A DNA stretch of 64,000 bases, taken from positions 1,844,200-1,908,199 of the forward strand of contig NMRA01000015.1 of NCBI GenBank assembly GCA_002633005.1, read 5' to 3'. The notes under the pieces were generated by a model. The model made no database searches. It had not been told where the DNA came from and saw nothing but the letters and a program-made list of their open reading frames with translations. This document shows, one piece after another, positions 1 through 14,200 of this stretch. The position numbers and the translations under genes were made by a program. The DNA is from Phoronis australis (taxonomy: Eukaryota; Animalia; Phoronida). Numbering within the stretch: position 1 is the stretch's first letter; each line of letters begins with the position of its first letter.

Positions 1-2103
1 ACTCTAAACTGGACGTGTTTGGTGAGAACGGTAAACACCAGGAACACGCATTCTTCGAGTTCACATTTCGCCGGTTCTTCGATGACGGAGGGCACGCGTT
101 GGCGTCCGCGGCGGCATTGGCAGCAAGTAGTGCAAACGCGGCAGAAACACCGAGTAATAATGAAGCCAACTCGCCCGTCTATGTCTAATGAGCTGGACCG
201 GGAGCATGTGTCCATTTTATAAATTATTTTGAATGTGTTGACATGCTGTGCGTGTCTTTTAATTGTCGAGAACTGGTGCTATCTTGAGGTACTGTCAAAC
301 TAGTCATGTTGCACCGAGTGAATCTTGCAATATTTCAGCTTCTCTTTGTTAAATTTGTTCCGTGATTCACTGCTTCTGTGCACGTGAAGTCCTGTCAGTT
401 CAGAAACACTGAGTTCATTGTAATGCTCCTGTTTCTATGCTCAGCACAGTATTGAAACTAGACACAGTAAGGCTGTTAGTGGTGTCTGTAGCTTATACTC
501 AGTGTACCCGGTGTGTAGACCTACTTCTCTGTCAGTCATACTGTGGCAGGCCTGAAGACCTCTCAGTCACTATTTACCTCCGGGTCTGCAAGTCTACCAT
601 TCAATCACTGACAGTGTAGCAGGCTTACAGATCTGTCAGTCTGTCACTCACAGTGGAGCAGGCCAGTCTGTCACTCTTCTCTTTGTATATAGAACCCAGC
701 AACATAAGTGTGCGCAGTGGAGGTTCTTGACAAGCCATTGTTATTGTCAGTAACTGACACCAATGATCAATAAAGAGATTATATTTATAGAGAGATGTAT
801 TGTATCTTGTTTATCTTCCTTGGGTAATGGATCATGCTCAAGGCTAATTTTGCCAACTCTTCTGGTGTGTATTAATATGGAAAAGTCAACTGAAAAAGTC
901 ACAATTTAGGAGGCGTGGCCACCCTATGGACACAACCGTAAAAGGAAGAAAATAGAAATGCTGTCGGCACAATGTCTTGAGAAGCATAAAAAATTCAATG
1001 GCAAGTTGATAGATTTATTTAGTAAATCTTGTATAAAAACGTGCAGTAAAATACAAACAAATGTAATTAACATCCTGGCAGATGAAGTAACTCAAGGATG
1101 AGGTAGAAAAGTCATATAGACTTCGCTATGGTCCAGAAAGCATGCTTATTCTACAACCTTCAGCAACTTGCTGCAACACCCTAACTTATTAAATAAGTAC
1201 ATTTACTGGCTCAACTGGTATGTGATGAATATTGTTTAAGGTTTAAAAACATTACTATTCTCATCGAATGTTGAATTATTGCTGAATATGCGGAGAACAG
1301 GTAATATGCACACGTGCCATTTTCGAATTCACAATCCAATCATAATGTCTATCAACCTCAATATTCTGAAGCATCTTGAGTAGCTGATGGCTTTTATGTT
1401 CTCATTGGTAATGTAAATGAAATCCTGTCATGGCAACTTGAGGAATGTTGTGATAAGGATTTTGTGAGCTTAAGTGGCTTAATTATTTTTCATTTTTGGG
1501 AGCTAAACTCTGATGACTGCATGTACAAAGGTTGCTGTCATGTGAAATGATTGTCTCCAAGAACTTTTGGAAGCAAAACGTAAGAATAACAAAAAAATAA
1601 ATAAAAATGGTTGTGAAGACCATGTGGACACATCTGATAAATAAAAATGGACAAATATGGGGAACAATACTGAAATATTTTTATTGGTCGTAGACGGTGT
1701 TTTTTATTTGTGTTGTTTCTTCCGTTGAGCCTAAATATTGTTTAAGTATAGAAATTTCACTATTTATTTAAACTTGAGTTTTCAAAATTTATTCCTTAAA
1801 ACACAGCAGTAAATCAGCATTGTGCAGGTATTGGAATGAACTAATACAAAAAGTGTCAAAATGAAAAATAGGTTGCTGAGCATAGCCCTAGATAAGCAAC
1901 ATGTAACAGGTATGCCCAGATAGGCTCCTAATCCTGTAGTAGTGGTTCACGTGTCATATACACTGATGGTCGTCTCCATCAACCCTAAGACCAATCAACT
2001 TATTGGCCAGAAATCAACCTCAGGCAATTTATATATTGCTGCCATTATTGACAAGCTATAGCAGCACTATCTATTGACAAACAAGAAAATCATCGCTAGA
2101 TCA

Positions 2104-2141
2104 TGACGTCAACACTCTCGTGCCTAGCGCCACCTATGCTG
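2104..2141. promoter_or_regulatory. NDUFAF4 proximal promoter motifs: CRE palindrome and CTCF-like site
   Basis: TGACGTCA at 2104-2111. TAGCGCCACCTATGCTG at 2125-2141 (reverse complement CAGCATAGGTGGCGCTA, CTCF-like). Both lie in a CpG-richer patch ~90-120 bp upstream of the ATG. Confidence 0.5.
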
Positions 2142-2226
2142 ATCAGCCGGATGGATCGAAAAGCTGCAGCTGAGCGGGTCGTCTAACTATAAGTCAGTGA
2201 TCTTGCGTTTTGCTTTGTTTTTGAAC

Positions 2227-4603
2227 ATGGGAAACCTGGGGTCTAAAGCGACAAGACCAGTGAGAAACTTTAACATCGAACAAAGAACTGAAGCGACGTT
2301 AGAAAAGGCAAAAGAAGTCCCTAGAACTGCACCTCGTCACAAAACCACGGAAAAGTTATTGGCAGACTTCGCTCGTGGTAAGCTGATAAGGCACTGCTCA
2401 TATCAATTCAAATATAATTGTGTTTCCTCACATTTATTGGCTGCATATACCATGGGAACTTGTCGCAATCTTTTTTAAACAAACCTCTCATACACTATAT
2501 GTAACAGCCTTCTGTCCATTCCGAATGAAATCGGCCCACTCGCCAGGAATGCACGCGGCTCAGTCAAATGTTTTAATCAGTGTGAACAGCTTCCGCCGTA
2601 CAAAGCTCTTATTAGTATAGGAGCTTCACCGTCTCTACTGCGGCTTGGTAGAGACGGTGGTCACTGTCTAATGAGAGGTATGCTCTAAATTGAGGGAGAC
2701 AAGATATATCTATTGCTCCACGGTCGCCTGCCTGCTATGTTGGCTTCTCTCAATCTCTGGATTGATGTGTCAATAAAAGTCTGATTGCCGGGCCCCTATT
2801 CAACCCTTCACTTTTATGGATGATATAATAGTATTATAATACCTCAGTTCAAAAGATGGCGTCAGTACGGGAGAGAATTGAGTACGGGAAATTCGTTCGT
2901 ATTTGTGCAAGACTGGCTGTTTTAAAGCAAAAATAACATCGCAAAGGGAGTATAGAATTTGCCTAGAAAGTATTGGTACCCAAGATATTAACTTTGTTTA
3001 CCCAAAAAGGTGTAATTTGTGGGAAAAACAGAAGTACGTTGGGTGCCGTATTTGACACCGTTACCGATTTGTCACTGTCCACTCTTTACTAATATGCTAA
3101 AGTTTTTATCCCCCCCCAGCTGCACTCTGCGCAATACGTTATCATAGTATGGGTATTCACTATGGATTGTAGGTAAAATCCTTTCCAATGCCAACAACAC
3201 TCTTCCATGCATTACAGGTGAAACACGTGACCTCGCACCTTGTGTGTTTCTCGTCACACATAGGTATACCATGTCTACGGTTTCTCATCTTTTGAACGCA
3301 GCCGTGCAAAATTGGCTCCAATACATCCCACTAATGTCTACTTAGGCGCGCATTGAGTTTTTTGCTATCTCTGAAAAGGTGCATTGCATAGGCGTAGTAA
3401 AGTCTTCTTGAGTGGGGAGAGACTGTCTCCCCTGGTCACCCCCCAGTTGTGTCAAAATTCTTCAATTTTGCATTTGAACTATTAAAAATTTTAGGTTTCA
3501 AATCTCCATTGTTTCGCCAAGTATTCATTCTCCATGACCTCTCTTTGAAACTGTATGTATGCTTTAACTATTCAGAACACGCGAGAGTCGATGGAATCTC
3601 TTTGAAGCCATGTGTATGGTTTACCTGTGTTTCAGAACACCCAGAGTTATTGGAATCTCAAAATGAGAGAAACGAGGATCTTCTTGAACGTCTTAAACTC
3701 ATGAAGATAGAAAGTTCTGGAACATTACCCGAGGTGAGTGGTTCAATACTTGAGAAAATGTTTACCGAATTTTTCTGGGTACTTATCCACAGCTGGTGTC
3801 CTCTGTTACGAATGGAGTGAATTGTGGTATTCGGTTACTCCACAATAAGGTAGACAGTTATAGATAAGAGTTTTAGAAAATTGTTTTTTTGTGATGCTAA
3901 TTGTCTAAAATGTGGTAAAAATTCTTCAGTGCAGACTAGGCCACAATATAGCGGATATAAGCAACTTTATTTTTAGGACATATCTCATTAGAACTAAGCT
4001 TTAAGAAAATGTGACTTTGATTTTAGCATGGTTCCACTGACACTGTTGTCATCAATCATTTGTTGAAAGTCTGAACTTCTGTAGCAATGTAGTATGCTGT
4101 TGTAAAGAACTTAAAATGTCAATTTTAAAATTATCCGATATAGTGTTTTACTCTCATTCAAGCAAAAGTGGGATATATTTCATTTTCTGTGCCCTACGTC
4201 TGATACTTTTTAGCTACAACACCAGGCTGCCAATGAGTTCTCATCTTGTTAAATGTTTCAGATCAAAGCAAAGACTCTTCCTCAGGAGCGCAGACAATTG
4301 CCCGACACAGATTTTGGCTACTTTGAGCCGGAAGTTATCCCTGATGGGAAAACAACGATCCGTAAAGTGACGGAGCTTATATCTCAACACTCGTCTGACC
4401 CACAGAAATACTCGGCACAAGTACTAGCCAAAGGTCATAAACTTGACATTGGACTCACGGAGGATGTTTTGAAGCATTTCAAAGTGTTCAACTTGTATTT
4501 ACCAAAAAAACCTACAAAGGGCACTGGTAGAGACGAGACTTTAGAGGCGGGAGAACATATACAATTGGGACAACAGAAAATATCTCCAGGTGATGAGAAA
4601 TGA
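2227..4603 (+). CDS. NDUFAF4: NADH dehydrogenase (ubiquinone) complex I assembly factor 4, 3 coding exons, ~196 aa
   Basis: Exons 2227-2377, 3636-3733 and 4262-4603 have GT-AG boundaries and consistent phases. N-terminus MGNLGSKATRPVRNFNIEQRTE...APRH matches the NDUFAF4 signature (MG..RNFN.E.R...APRH) and has an MGxxxS myristoylation motif. AATAAA at 4777-4782. Confidence 0.9.
3541..3660 (+). repeat. ~60-bp tandem duplication of the NDUFAF4 exon-2 acceptor region
   Basis: ctctttgaa...ttcag|aacac.c.gag...tggaatctc occurs twice, with AG acceptors at 3574-3575 and 3634-3635. Confidence 0.7.
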
Positions 4604-5248
4604 TACGTTGTGAACACGATAGTCAAATTTTGTAAATTGGTGAGAGGCCAGAGTGGTAGTGAACATAGACCTTGAATGACTTTTTGTGTTCAAATTTGTA
4701 GTAATTAGTTGTTTGAAAGTATAGTAATGTAATGATTTTTCTTTCTTGGCTTATGGATATCTTTTAAAATGTGAACAATAAATGATTAGCTGGAGTTTAT
4801 AAGCAGTTTAAACAACACGTGCGCTGTAGGTGTTTCATTTAGTACATTTCAACAATAACATCACCGACCAATCACAACACGACTGACAACACATTGCACT
4901 GAAATCAATTTCATTTCCAGATTTTTTACAATATTTGTCTGCATTAATTCAGTAAAAGCAATCACAAAGAACACTGCAAAAATGTGTTTCGGTTTGGTTT
5001 CATCCCAGCACCTGACGACAAAGTTTCAATTTGGTCTGATTTAATGGCACGTATTTATTTAGAAGTGTAACAAGCACAGTATACACATGGAGAAGCTGCC
5101 ATCCAGCATGTTAAACCAAACCAAATAAATATAATAGTAACACTGTGACTTTCCAGTTAACACAATCCAGTTCTCCCTCCTGACCAACAGATGGCAGTGC
5201 CAGTTGACAAACACACCACAACCAGTGCTTATACAGTGTTGATGGCAG

Positions 5249-8200
5249 TCAATCTGTTTTCTCTGAAGCCTGATTTCTTTTACCAGACAATGCTATCTGT
5301 TTCACACTTTCCACAGTATTTGGTAGTTCCTCAGTTCCAGCATTGGGGTCTTTCATCTTTTGAATAATTAGATCTGAAATGAGAATACAGAAAAGAAATT
5401 TAGTAATACAGAGAGGTTTCCCAGTCAACCTGTGCACGTCATGTTAAAGATGCATTTCCCTCTGTTAAGCTGGCTAAAAATGAAAATCAAATTACGCTTT
5501 TACTTGTATAATACTGGTCTCAACATCGTCTTTTCCATGATATGACTTGTGTTCAGTAACTGAAAAAAAAACAACATACAAACCCTCAACAGGTCAAGAA
5601 ATGCTTCGGAAAGTCAGCGACTTTAGTCTCAAGTGAAATTTTATCATGCATGTGGCAGTATCAAATCATACAAACACCGAATCTTTTCCATGGTTTTCGT
5701 GTTTTAAAAAATATACAACCACTACATAAATGTAACAACTGGGATCGTGTTTAAATCCAGTTGAATAATTCATGGCCCATGACTAGTCTAAAAATTATGA
5801 TGCACACAAACACAAAACCATGACCGCCTGGTTGAGAACTTTGACCGAGAAATGTCTTCTAAATTAAAGAAACTTTATCAAGCTGGACCTGAGAGAGGGC
5901 AACTTAAATTAACAAATTAGTGGATTACATTTAGCATACCTTGACACAATGTCAATGTATTGTAGTCTTCTGCAGACACATGTTCTTTAAGGAATGTGAC
6001 CAGGTGAGGGACACATCGTCCAGGTATATTCACCATACACTGGGTATACAGTTGAAACAGTAACGTCACAGCCAGGTGTAGTGTCATGGCGGCATCAGTC
6101 TCAACACGTAACTGTTCCATCAGACTCTGGCGATGACTGAACACCAGCTGTCTGAAATCATACAAGACAATACAGTACTGCAGGCACTCGGCTAATGTGA
6201 GTATTATATAAGGACTTGAATGAATATGATTCGATTAGGAAAACACAAATGGTGCTAGAGAACAGAATGAAAATGACCTCATCTTCAGGTACAGTAGTAG
6301 ACGAGAAACAAAATATTGTAACAGAATGTTCACATCACATCACAATGCATGGCACAAGATCTGTCAACTAAAAACTACCACCACTCCAGCCCACATATGC
6401 TTTAACATTCCAACTGAGTGACCTCTCAGCATGGAGTACGTGAATAGCTTCATAGATTAGAGGTTTGACACAGCTATTGTCATGACCTTGACCTCGGGAA
6501 ACCCTACAGCGTGGCCAGTGTTGACAGAATGACTAAACAGGGCACTGGTGACATGTTTCTTGTTTTCAATCAGTCCACGAAGCAAAATTCGAGTCGTCAT
6601 GGCAACATAAAACTCATGGCAATCGCTATAGTTCACCAGGAAACCATACTTACTACTTTGCACGGTGTTTAATTTAGACTTAAGCTTGGACAACAATTCT
6701 AGTCTATTATAGGGCCTAAAAACTGCAACAGGGTTAACCGCTTTCCATTTTATACTTCTAATTTGGCCAAAAACTAACATTATTTAGTGTGAATTTTGCT
6801 CTTTAACTTTGATCTTGCATCTGTTGTACTAACTTCCAATTCTGAAAAAAGACAGAACTTTCAAATTTCTCAAGTTCATCATTATATCATTAATGGAAGA
6901 GCTCACAACAGATATTTTAGCATGAAAACCATCAGAAGTTTTATGCCAAATTTGAGTCCTTTTCCAATCTCATTTTATATTTAATAGAAAGCTGCTTCAC
7001 ATTAAAGTAGTGACCAAGTTATATCACCCAGGCAACACTAACACATAGTTTGTGCAGTGAGACTATAAAAGCAACTTCCACTGGATCCAACTACAAACAT
7101 TGTACAGTTGTTTAAATTAGATTTTGAAAATTATTTGTTTAGTTAGTTTAGAGTTTGACACTGTTGAGTGTACATTGGTTTGGCAATTAAAGTGAAACGC
7201 TGAGCATGAAAATCTACTTTGTTGCGATGATATTTAAACATTGTTGCACAAGATACTCAAAGTTCAAGAAGAAGTAGTGAAACTTGAACTTCCCAGACAA
7301 CATTACCAGACTGCTAACCACAGTATATGAAACTTGAACTTCCCACAGACAACATTACCAGACTACCCACCACAGCTCTCTTACCTCTCCTTTTTCTTGT
7401 CTGGCTTCCTCAGCAATATACCCAGATGTTGAGGTGAACACACTGTATCAAGGTGACTACAAAACTCCTCTACACTCTGAAATAACAAATTGCGGTATTA
7501 CGAATCACAGTATAACGAAAACCAAATCAAAGTGTGTTTGAATTTAGAGCTCCTTCTGTCCATGCTTTTAATCATAGACTATTATTTGAAGCCAAAGTTA
7601 TGATATTAATAAACCAGGTACTTTATACTTACTCCACAAGCAAGTGATAACTGATTCAGAATTAATGTCCCTTTACATGAAGGACTCTGCTATGTTGAAA
7701 TATTTCCAACTCAGGTGAACAAACCACGAGATCGCAGTCAGTCATAAGAACCACAGATCGACACAAATTAATGATCGTAATCTTTATCGTAGACCCACAA
7801 TACCGTACACTGAGCAATATGTAAGCTACAAAAACTACAGAGGCTGGTTTCATCAAAGGTCACAAGTCCTGTAGTAGTGAAGATGGCCATAAACCTGTTA
7901 TAGCAAATGTGACATTTTGTATCAGAGCAAAATGTTACAACTGACGTTAAGTAGATAATTTTTGTATTCAGGTGTAATGGCTACCTTGATGACCTGTGTG
8001 TAAATTAAAGTCTTTACTGACACCTTCATTAAGACCAAACGGCCCCCAGATAAAGACAACCACGCAAATGGTACAAAAATAAAATACCGTCTTAACTACT
8101 GACATCTGCAAATTTAAACCATTTAGGTCTGTATTCACAAACCTTTCCATTTAGTGAATTGGTTAACTTGGTCATAATAGCCTGCATTTGGTCAGGTAGG

Positions 8201-11200
8201 TTTGCCACAATCTTTGACCTAAGCTCAGAGGTCAACTCTCCTTCACTGACAGACATCATGTTGTCACTAGCAACAGCATTGAGGGCCAGGTTTGCAATGT
8301 CTGTACATATTGTTCTCAAGAGGTGACGGCTGACTTGAACTTGAGTCTCATCTGGAAAAAAGGTTCAAAAGTGAGCAGCTCTTCATCTCAACACTTTCTA
8401 CCTTATTTCACAAAACCCGGTCATCACTGCAAACAGTTTAGCAAACAAGTTTCGTTGACATTTTTCTCAATGTTTTACTTTCTCATTAACGAGCCAAAAC
8501 AATGTCAAGTAGAAGATCGGCACCTTCAGCACCAAGTAGATTGTCTGCTTTCAATTCGGCATTACTGGCAGAGCACTGTATAGGCAATGGATTGGAATTT
8601 GTCTCCACATCTGAAGTTTTATTTTACAGACAGAGCAGGGTCTTCACAAGTAAAGGAGATCCCAATTGTATTTGTGACTCCAAAATGTTGCAGATAAATT
8701 CCAATTAAGAGTGAAAAGACTATAATTATTCTTCAATCTGAATTTCACATATCACCTCGCTTATTTTTGTGGTGGTGAAGGCGTTATTAGTATGCTCAGC
8801 AACTCAGTGCTCAGTCTAAGACTCTCAAACTTTACTTAAGACATGACTTGACAATAGACACATTGCTTGACACGTTTTGAGTATCGTTCCAAAATTTGCA
8901 CCATCTAACTTGTCAATTTTCCACTCGATTCTCAAGTACAGTTTGAAGTTTTTGAACTCGGGTGCCAACCACTGCCAGGGACGTGTGATTCAAGTATTGA
9001 AATACAGATGCATGGACACACACATGTACAGTACACAAATAATACTGCATGCATGTAAGTGCACATAGCTTAAGTCATGTTGTAATACAAGTACAGTTTG
9101 TACCATTCAACAGTAATGTGCCCTTCTCATAGAGCTTCAGGTTGGTCCAGAGGCCAGTCAACTTCTCCTGTAGTGCTCCGTGGGTCTTCTTTCTGTCACT
9201 GGCTGATGTGGTGCCAGTCGCCTGCAGGAATACTGACTGGGCCACGCTTTGGTACTGTTTACGTAATGGCCTGAAAGTATAATAATGGACATTAAATGAA
9301 GAGAGACAGGGCGTTACACCATGGTCACATTCCAGTCCCAGCAGGAGACTTCTAGCGGGGGTGGTGATGTGCCACCACAGAGTCAAAAAGTGAAAACTTA
9401 TCAATACTAGGAATTTGGAAAAAGGCATCCATATTCAGTATCAAGTCATAGGCCACACACACATTGGCAGTCTGTGACACATGTCCTTCAATACAAGGAA
9501 TGGGACATGCATAAAGACAGTCATGACACATCATAAGGTCATGCCTCATGCACAACGCAAGCCTGTAATGTCTCTTATAATAAGGTCATGGGTCATGCAC
9601 AGCAGCAGCCTGTGAAGCATGTTTGTAATAATAAGGTCATGGGTCATGCATAATGGCAGCCAATGGCACATGTCCCTCATAATGAGGTCATGTGTCATGC
9701 ACACTGAAACCCTTTCGGGGTAGAGCAACACAAACAGAAAGTTTCAAACTTCCTCAAAACATCAAGCAATCAACAAGGCACTCACCTGTGTAAACGCTCA
9801 GCTATTTCGACCAACATTTCTTCTTTGCAATCATCCAACTTTGTCCTCAAAATGTCCTGAATTTCTTCAACCTTCATAAATTCCAGTTCTTTTTCTTTCC
9901 CCTGTTTACCACCAGATGTCACTGTTTGTTCATCCTCGGAACCATCGTCCTCTCTATTCCCGCGTGGTTTGTATTTCTTTTTCGTTGACTTTGTCTTGAC
10001 TTCTCTTCCTTGGGTGCCCCCTCCACTTTTTGTGGCAGCTGAAAGCAGCAGTACGTTGAGATGTGGTATCAGGAAACAAGTGAGGAATGTTATCAAAATC
10101 TTTTTAGCAATATAAACAGGCGAACATAATTATCAAAAAAACAAGTAGAACTTTCCAATCACTCGTCATTCAATGACAAGTTCCTGCCAAATATAATACA
10201 TAACCACATTGTTTTGAAATATTTTACTTCTGCAAACAACACAAGAAAAAGAAGTGGAGTGAAAATGAGACAGAACAACTGCATGACACATGTGCATCAC
10301 TGTGGGTGAAAAAAGCTTATTTTATTAGTGATTGTTTGATTACAGGGTAAGTCAATTGATTATGATTTAATTTATGATACATAACAAACCAGAAAACCAA
10401 TTCTAATCAAAAGTCACCCAAAACTTGTGTCACGTTTGGTCAAAAACCATTTTTTTACCTCATAAGCACCCTGTTTGTAGACCAATAATTATTGCTACAA
10501 ATCCAAGCAACACAAAATGTGTTTCCATTTGGTGGTATAAGAAGAGCAGCACTCCACAGACACAAGACACTCATGAGAAGCGCCAGTGTGGTCACATGGT
10601 TCATTTGTATTTGCACGGCAATATCTCTGAAGGGAGTGACTGATCTTAAGGTTTTCATAAATTTCTTTACATCTACAAAACAAGCCCAGGTCTGACAACT
10701 GCAAAGGCCAACCACCTATGTAACACCCCATCACACCACCCACCTGCCGCTTTCTGTTTCCGCTGGCTCTTGCGGTCCTCTTTAGTGTTACCTTCATCAC
10801 CTGCCATGGCTGAGGATGGGGGTGGGTTCACATCAGAAAACAACACTGCATTCATTTTACTATCCTGAAATTGTCAACCAGACATTTATCAATGAGTTTG
10901 AAACATGTTTTGCATTAGGATTCAATGAAAACAACTGTCCAAAAGGTAGTACTAGCAATGACAGTTGGAGTATACTTTATTCACATAACACAAAAAATTA
11001 AGAAATACTACAATGAGAAGTTTAATGGTTGTGTACTTACGAATGTACTTACTCTCATACAGTTCACCTCGGGTCACCATCTTTGCTATTCACAGTTATG
11101 TAATTTCATACTCAAAGGAAATGAGACCACCATGTGAAAATGATTAGAGGCAGTCAAATGTCTCATGCAAAATTTTCAGGGTTATACAAATGTGGTGTTG

Positions 11201-14200
11201 CAGTCTGCCACTCAGAAAACAAGTTGTCCTTCAACATGGCTTTCACACAGTTATGGATATTTCCCAATAAACATCACAGCACAAATATTCCAACTCAGTG
11301 ACCTGTAATGAAAGCCTCGAGGCCACTGGGAAACTAACCATTCACTAGGTGGCGCTGATGACAAACTGGTTCTCTTTTTGTTATCTGAACAGCTTGAAAA
11401 ACAGGAAGTTGTTTAACAACATGAGGGCCTGTGTGGCTGAAAGGTAAATGCACACACAAAAGGTGAGTGCCTTGCCTAGGAAATTTCAAGCTCGTCATTG
11501 TCGCCTACCTTGATAGCCTTTTGCTCCATCAGTTCGCTGAAGTAGGATTTACACGTGTCTATCAACTTATGGCTGACAACAACAGTGTCACAGAGCAGTA
11601 GGTGGTCCGACCGTGACTTCAAGCAACTAGTAAGAAGTTGGTTGGCATCAGACTCACTGAATATAGATGGCAGCAGCGGCTTTGGAAGACAAAATAACAT
11701 TTATCAGATAGAAAGCAGCAGACCAGTAAGGATGAGTGTACACAGATAATATATCATCTTCTAGTCAACAAAACCACAATTGTTAAATAAACTTTTGATT
11801 TATTCCATTTAGTGTTATAAAACCATTCTATTTTTGTTGCTCATTCAGATTAGAGGTAATTTCTTAGTTTGAGAAGAACTGAGAGGTTGTCAGACCACAA
11901 TTATTAAAGTTAGTTTCAGTCGTCAAGACAGTGTGGCTACCAGGGGAATTGTAGGAGATTCATAGAGGTTGCTCTTAATAAAAACAAAGGATAACAATGT
12001 GACAGCGCTGCTCTGTAAGAGCTGATAGCCAGCGGGAAGAAAGCTGACATGGTTTGCAATGGCTGTAAGGGGTTCTACACAGTGTCAATTAATTATTTTT
12101 TGATATTTTGTAATTTGGTCATTGCCTACTACAAATTAGCAAACCAAAGAAAGGGGTCGTCAAATAAGTTTTTTTTCATTGTTACATCTGCCTAAACAGA
12201 GGCACCTCAGGCAAAATGGGAAATTAAAATACTGAAAGGCCATCTCTAATTAAATTAGTGATTGCCAAACCTCAAGCGACAACTATAAACTCTTAAGATC
12301 TGTTAGATTATCATATTGCTGATGAGACTAAATAAGACAGCACACAGTGACTACAGGCAAACAGTCGGTGTTTTCAATACATATTCAAAAACTTTGACAT
12401 CAGAACACCAGAGGCCTATTTTATCAAAGGTTGTGTGACCAAATGCGACTCAGAAATTTTGCTGGTATTTGGTTTATCAAAAAGTTTTAAGAAGATGGTT
12501 CAGTGTGACAACAGACCAAGATCAATTTTATATTCACTCCAATGTCGCGTTCCAAAATAAGAACAAAAACATGTTAGTGTTAATAATCACAAACATATGG
12601 TGCATATGAATTTTGATAAAATTAGCCCCAAATGTTTCCAAGCCTCAACTTATCTGATTATGAACAGTGACATCTAGACACAAACCATGACATCAATCCA
12701 ACCAACTGATGATAGACTCTCTTCAACAGCAGCCTCTAGATGGTCCTGTATAGAGACACCAACACAGCATGTACTGAGGAACACCAGCTTCTCATCCTTA
12801 AATCTCTTCTTGATGTACTGTTTTGGATCACTGATTCCGATACGCTTTAATGCATTGTACTCTGAAAAAACAAACATTGATAGTTAAAAATATGTTATTG
12901 GCAAGAAGGGATGTTTTCTGAGATCAGCCTCAGAGCAGAATCAATCTCATGACCGCGGCAGTGACAGTCCAAAACAGTTTGCTGGTAGTGCTAAATTCCA
13001 CTCGATAAATAGCAGAGTATTTTACACATTTAACTACTTTCAGCGAATCAGTGGCAGAAAACAGCAACAACTGACAATTGTAATGAAATCACAAAACGGG
13101 CTCAGTTATTTTATAGCTCTGGTCAAAGCTGAAGGTGAAAAAGAGTATGAGTAAAATAATGCTACCTTGAATGAGTTGGCACAATGTATAATGCATTCCT
13201 ACTCATACACAAAGCCACACTGGCTAGTGTGTACAGAGATGACGAAGTACAGAGATGACAAAGATGAGGCAATACAGACTTAAGGGGCCAGAATTGGTCT
13301 TACGGCTGAAACAATTCTCACAGTTGTCTGTCACACATTCACTGAAATCAAGGCCAGTGTCATTATCATTTAAATATATTTAAACTGCTCCACCATAACG
13401 GAGGTCTAGCTCCCAGGCAGAGCATTAGGCTACAACTGCTGAGATATACGCCTCGCATAACACAACAACCTCAATCTCAGAACATCAGAGCCAGTCTTAA
13501 CATCACAATGAAACAAGTGGACAACACTGCTGTGTACAAAGATGACAGAGGCAATACAGGTCTAAAAGTCAATATTTATTGAAAGTCATCTTTGAGCACA
13601 GTAAACATGAGGTGCAGGGCTATTTCACCTAGTGATGACCCTGCCACACCAAACTCAATCGTTTATGTGACAAGGACAGAGAGTCACACATAAGGAAATG
13701 CATGGGAAGTGCAATACAGACCCAAGACTGTTGCGATATAGGAGTACTGGGCAGCAGCCAATTGTAACAAAAACTCCTAACATTCAGTTTTGACCTTGTT
13801 CATTGCAGTGGCACTACAATTTGAATACTTGTAAATTAAACGTGATGTCAAGGTCATTGTTTTTAATTAGCTGTCAATTACACACACAGTGACTGACCCA
13901 AATATTCATTCTGTTGGTAGAATGCGTCCACGTACGAGTCCTGTGACCTGGTGTGTAGATCAGGAACATAGGTGGCTTGTTCTTGACGACCACCTGAGAG
14001 TGAGCCAGCCAACCGGCCGGTGCTGATCAACTCATCCAGGACACCTGCACAGAATACATGATCAGAGGTACAGCAAAATGTTTAATGAGCCATAATAACA
14101 ACCATAGTTTGGCACTGTTCCGCATTATTGCCACTTTCACAAATGCGCAAAACTTACTTTTTCCAAAGTCCCATATCCCTAAAAGTGTACAAAAAATGTC

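Noticed and set aside
363-834. Possible solo LTR (TATA-like box, AATAAA, TG...CA candidates)
   Set aside because: No matching target-site duplication or second LTR found, and the boundaries are ambiguous.
2847-3297. 12-bp inverted repeat gttcaaaagatg/catcttttgaac, possible MITE
   Set aside because: Short match with no clear TSD; insufficient support.
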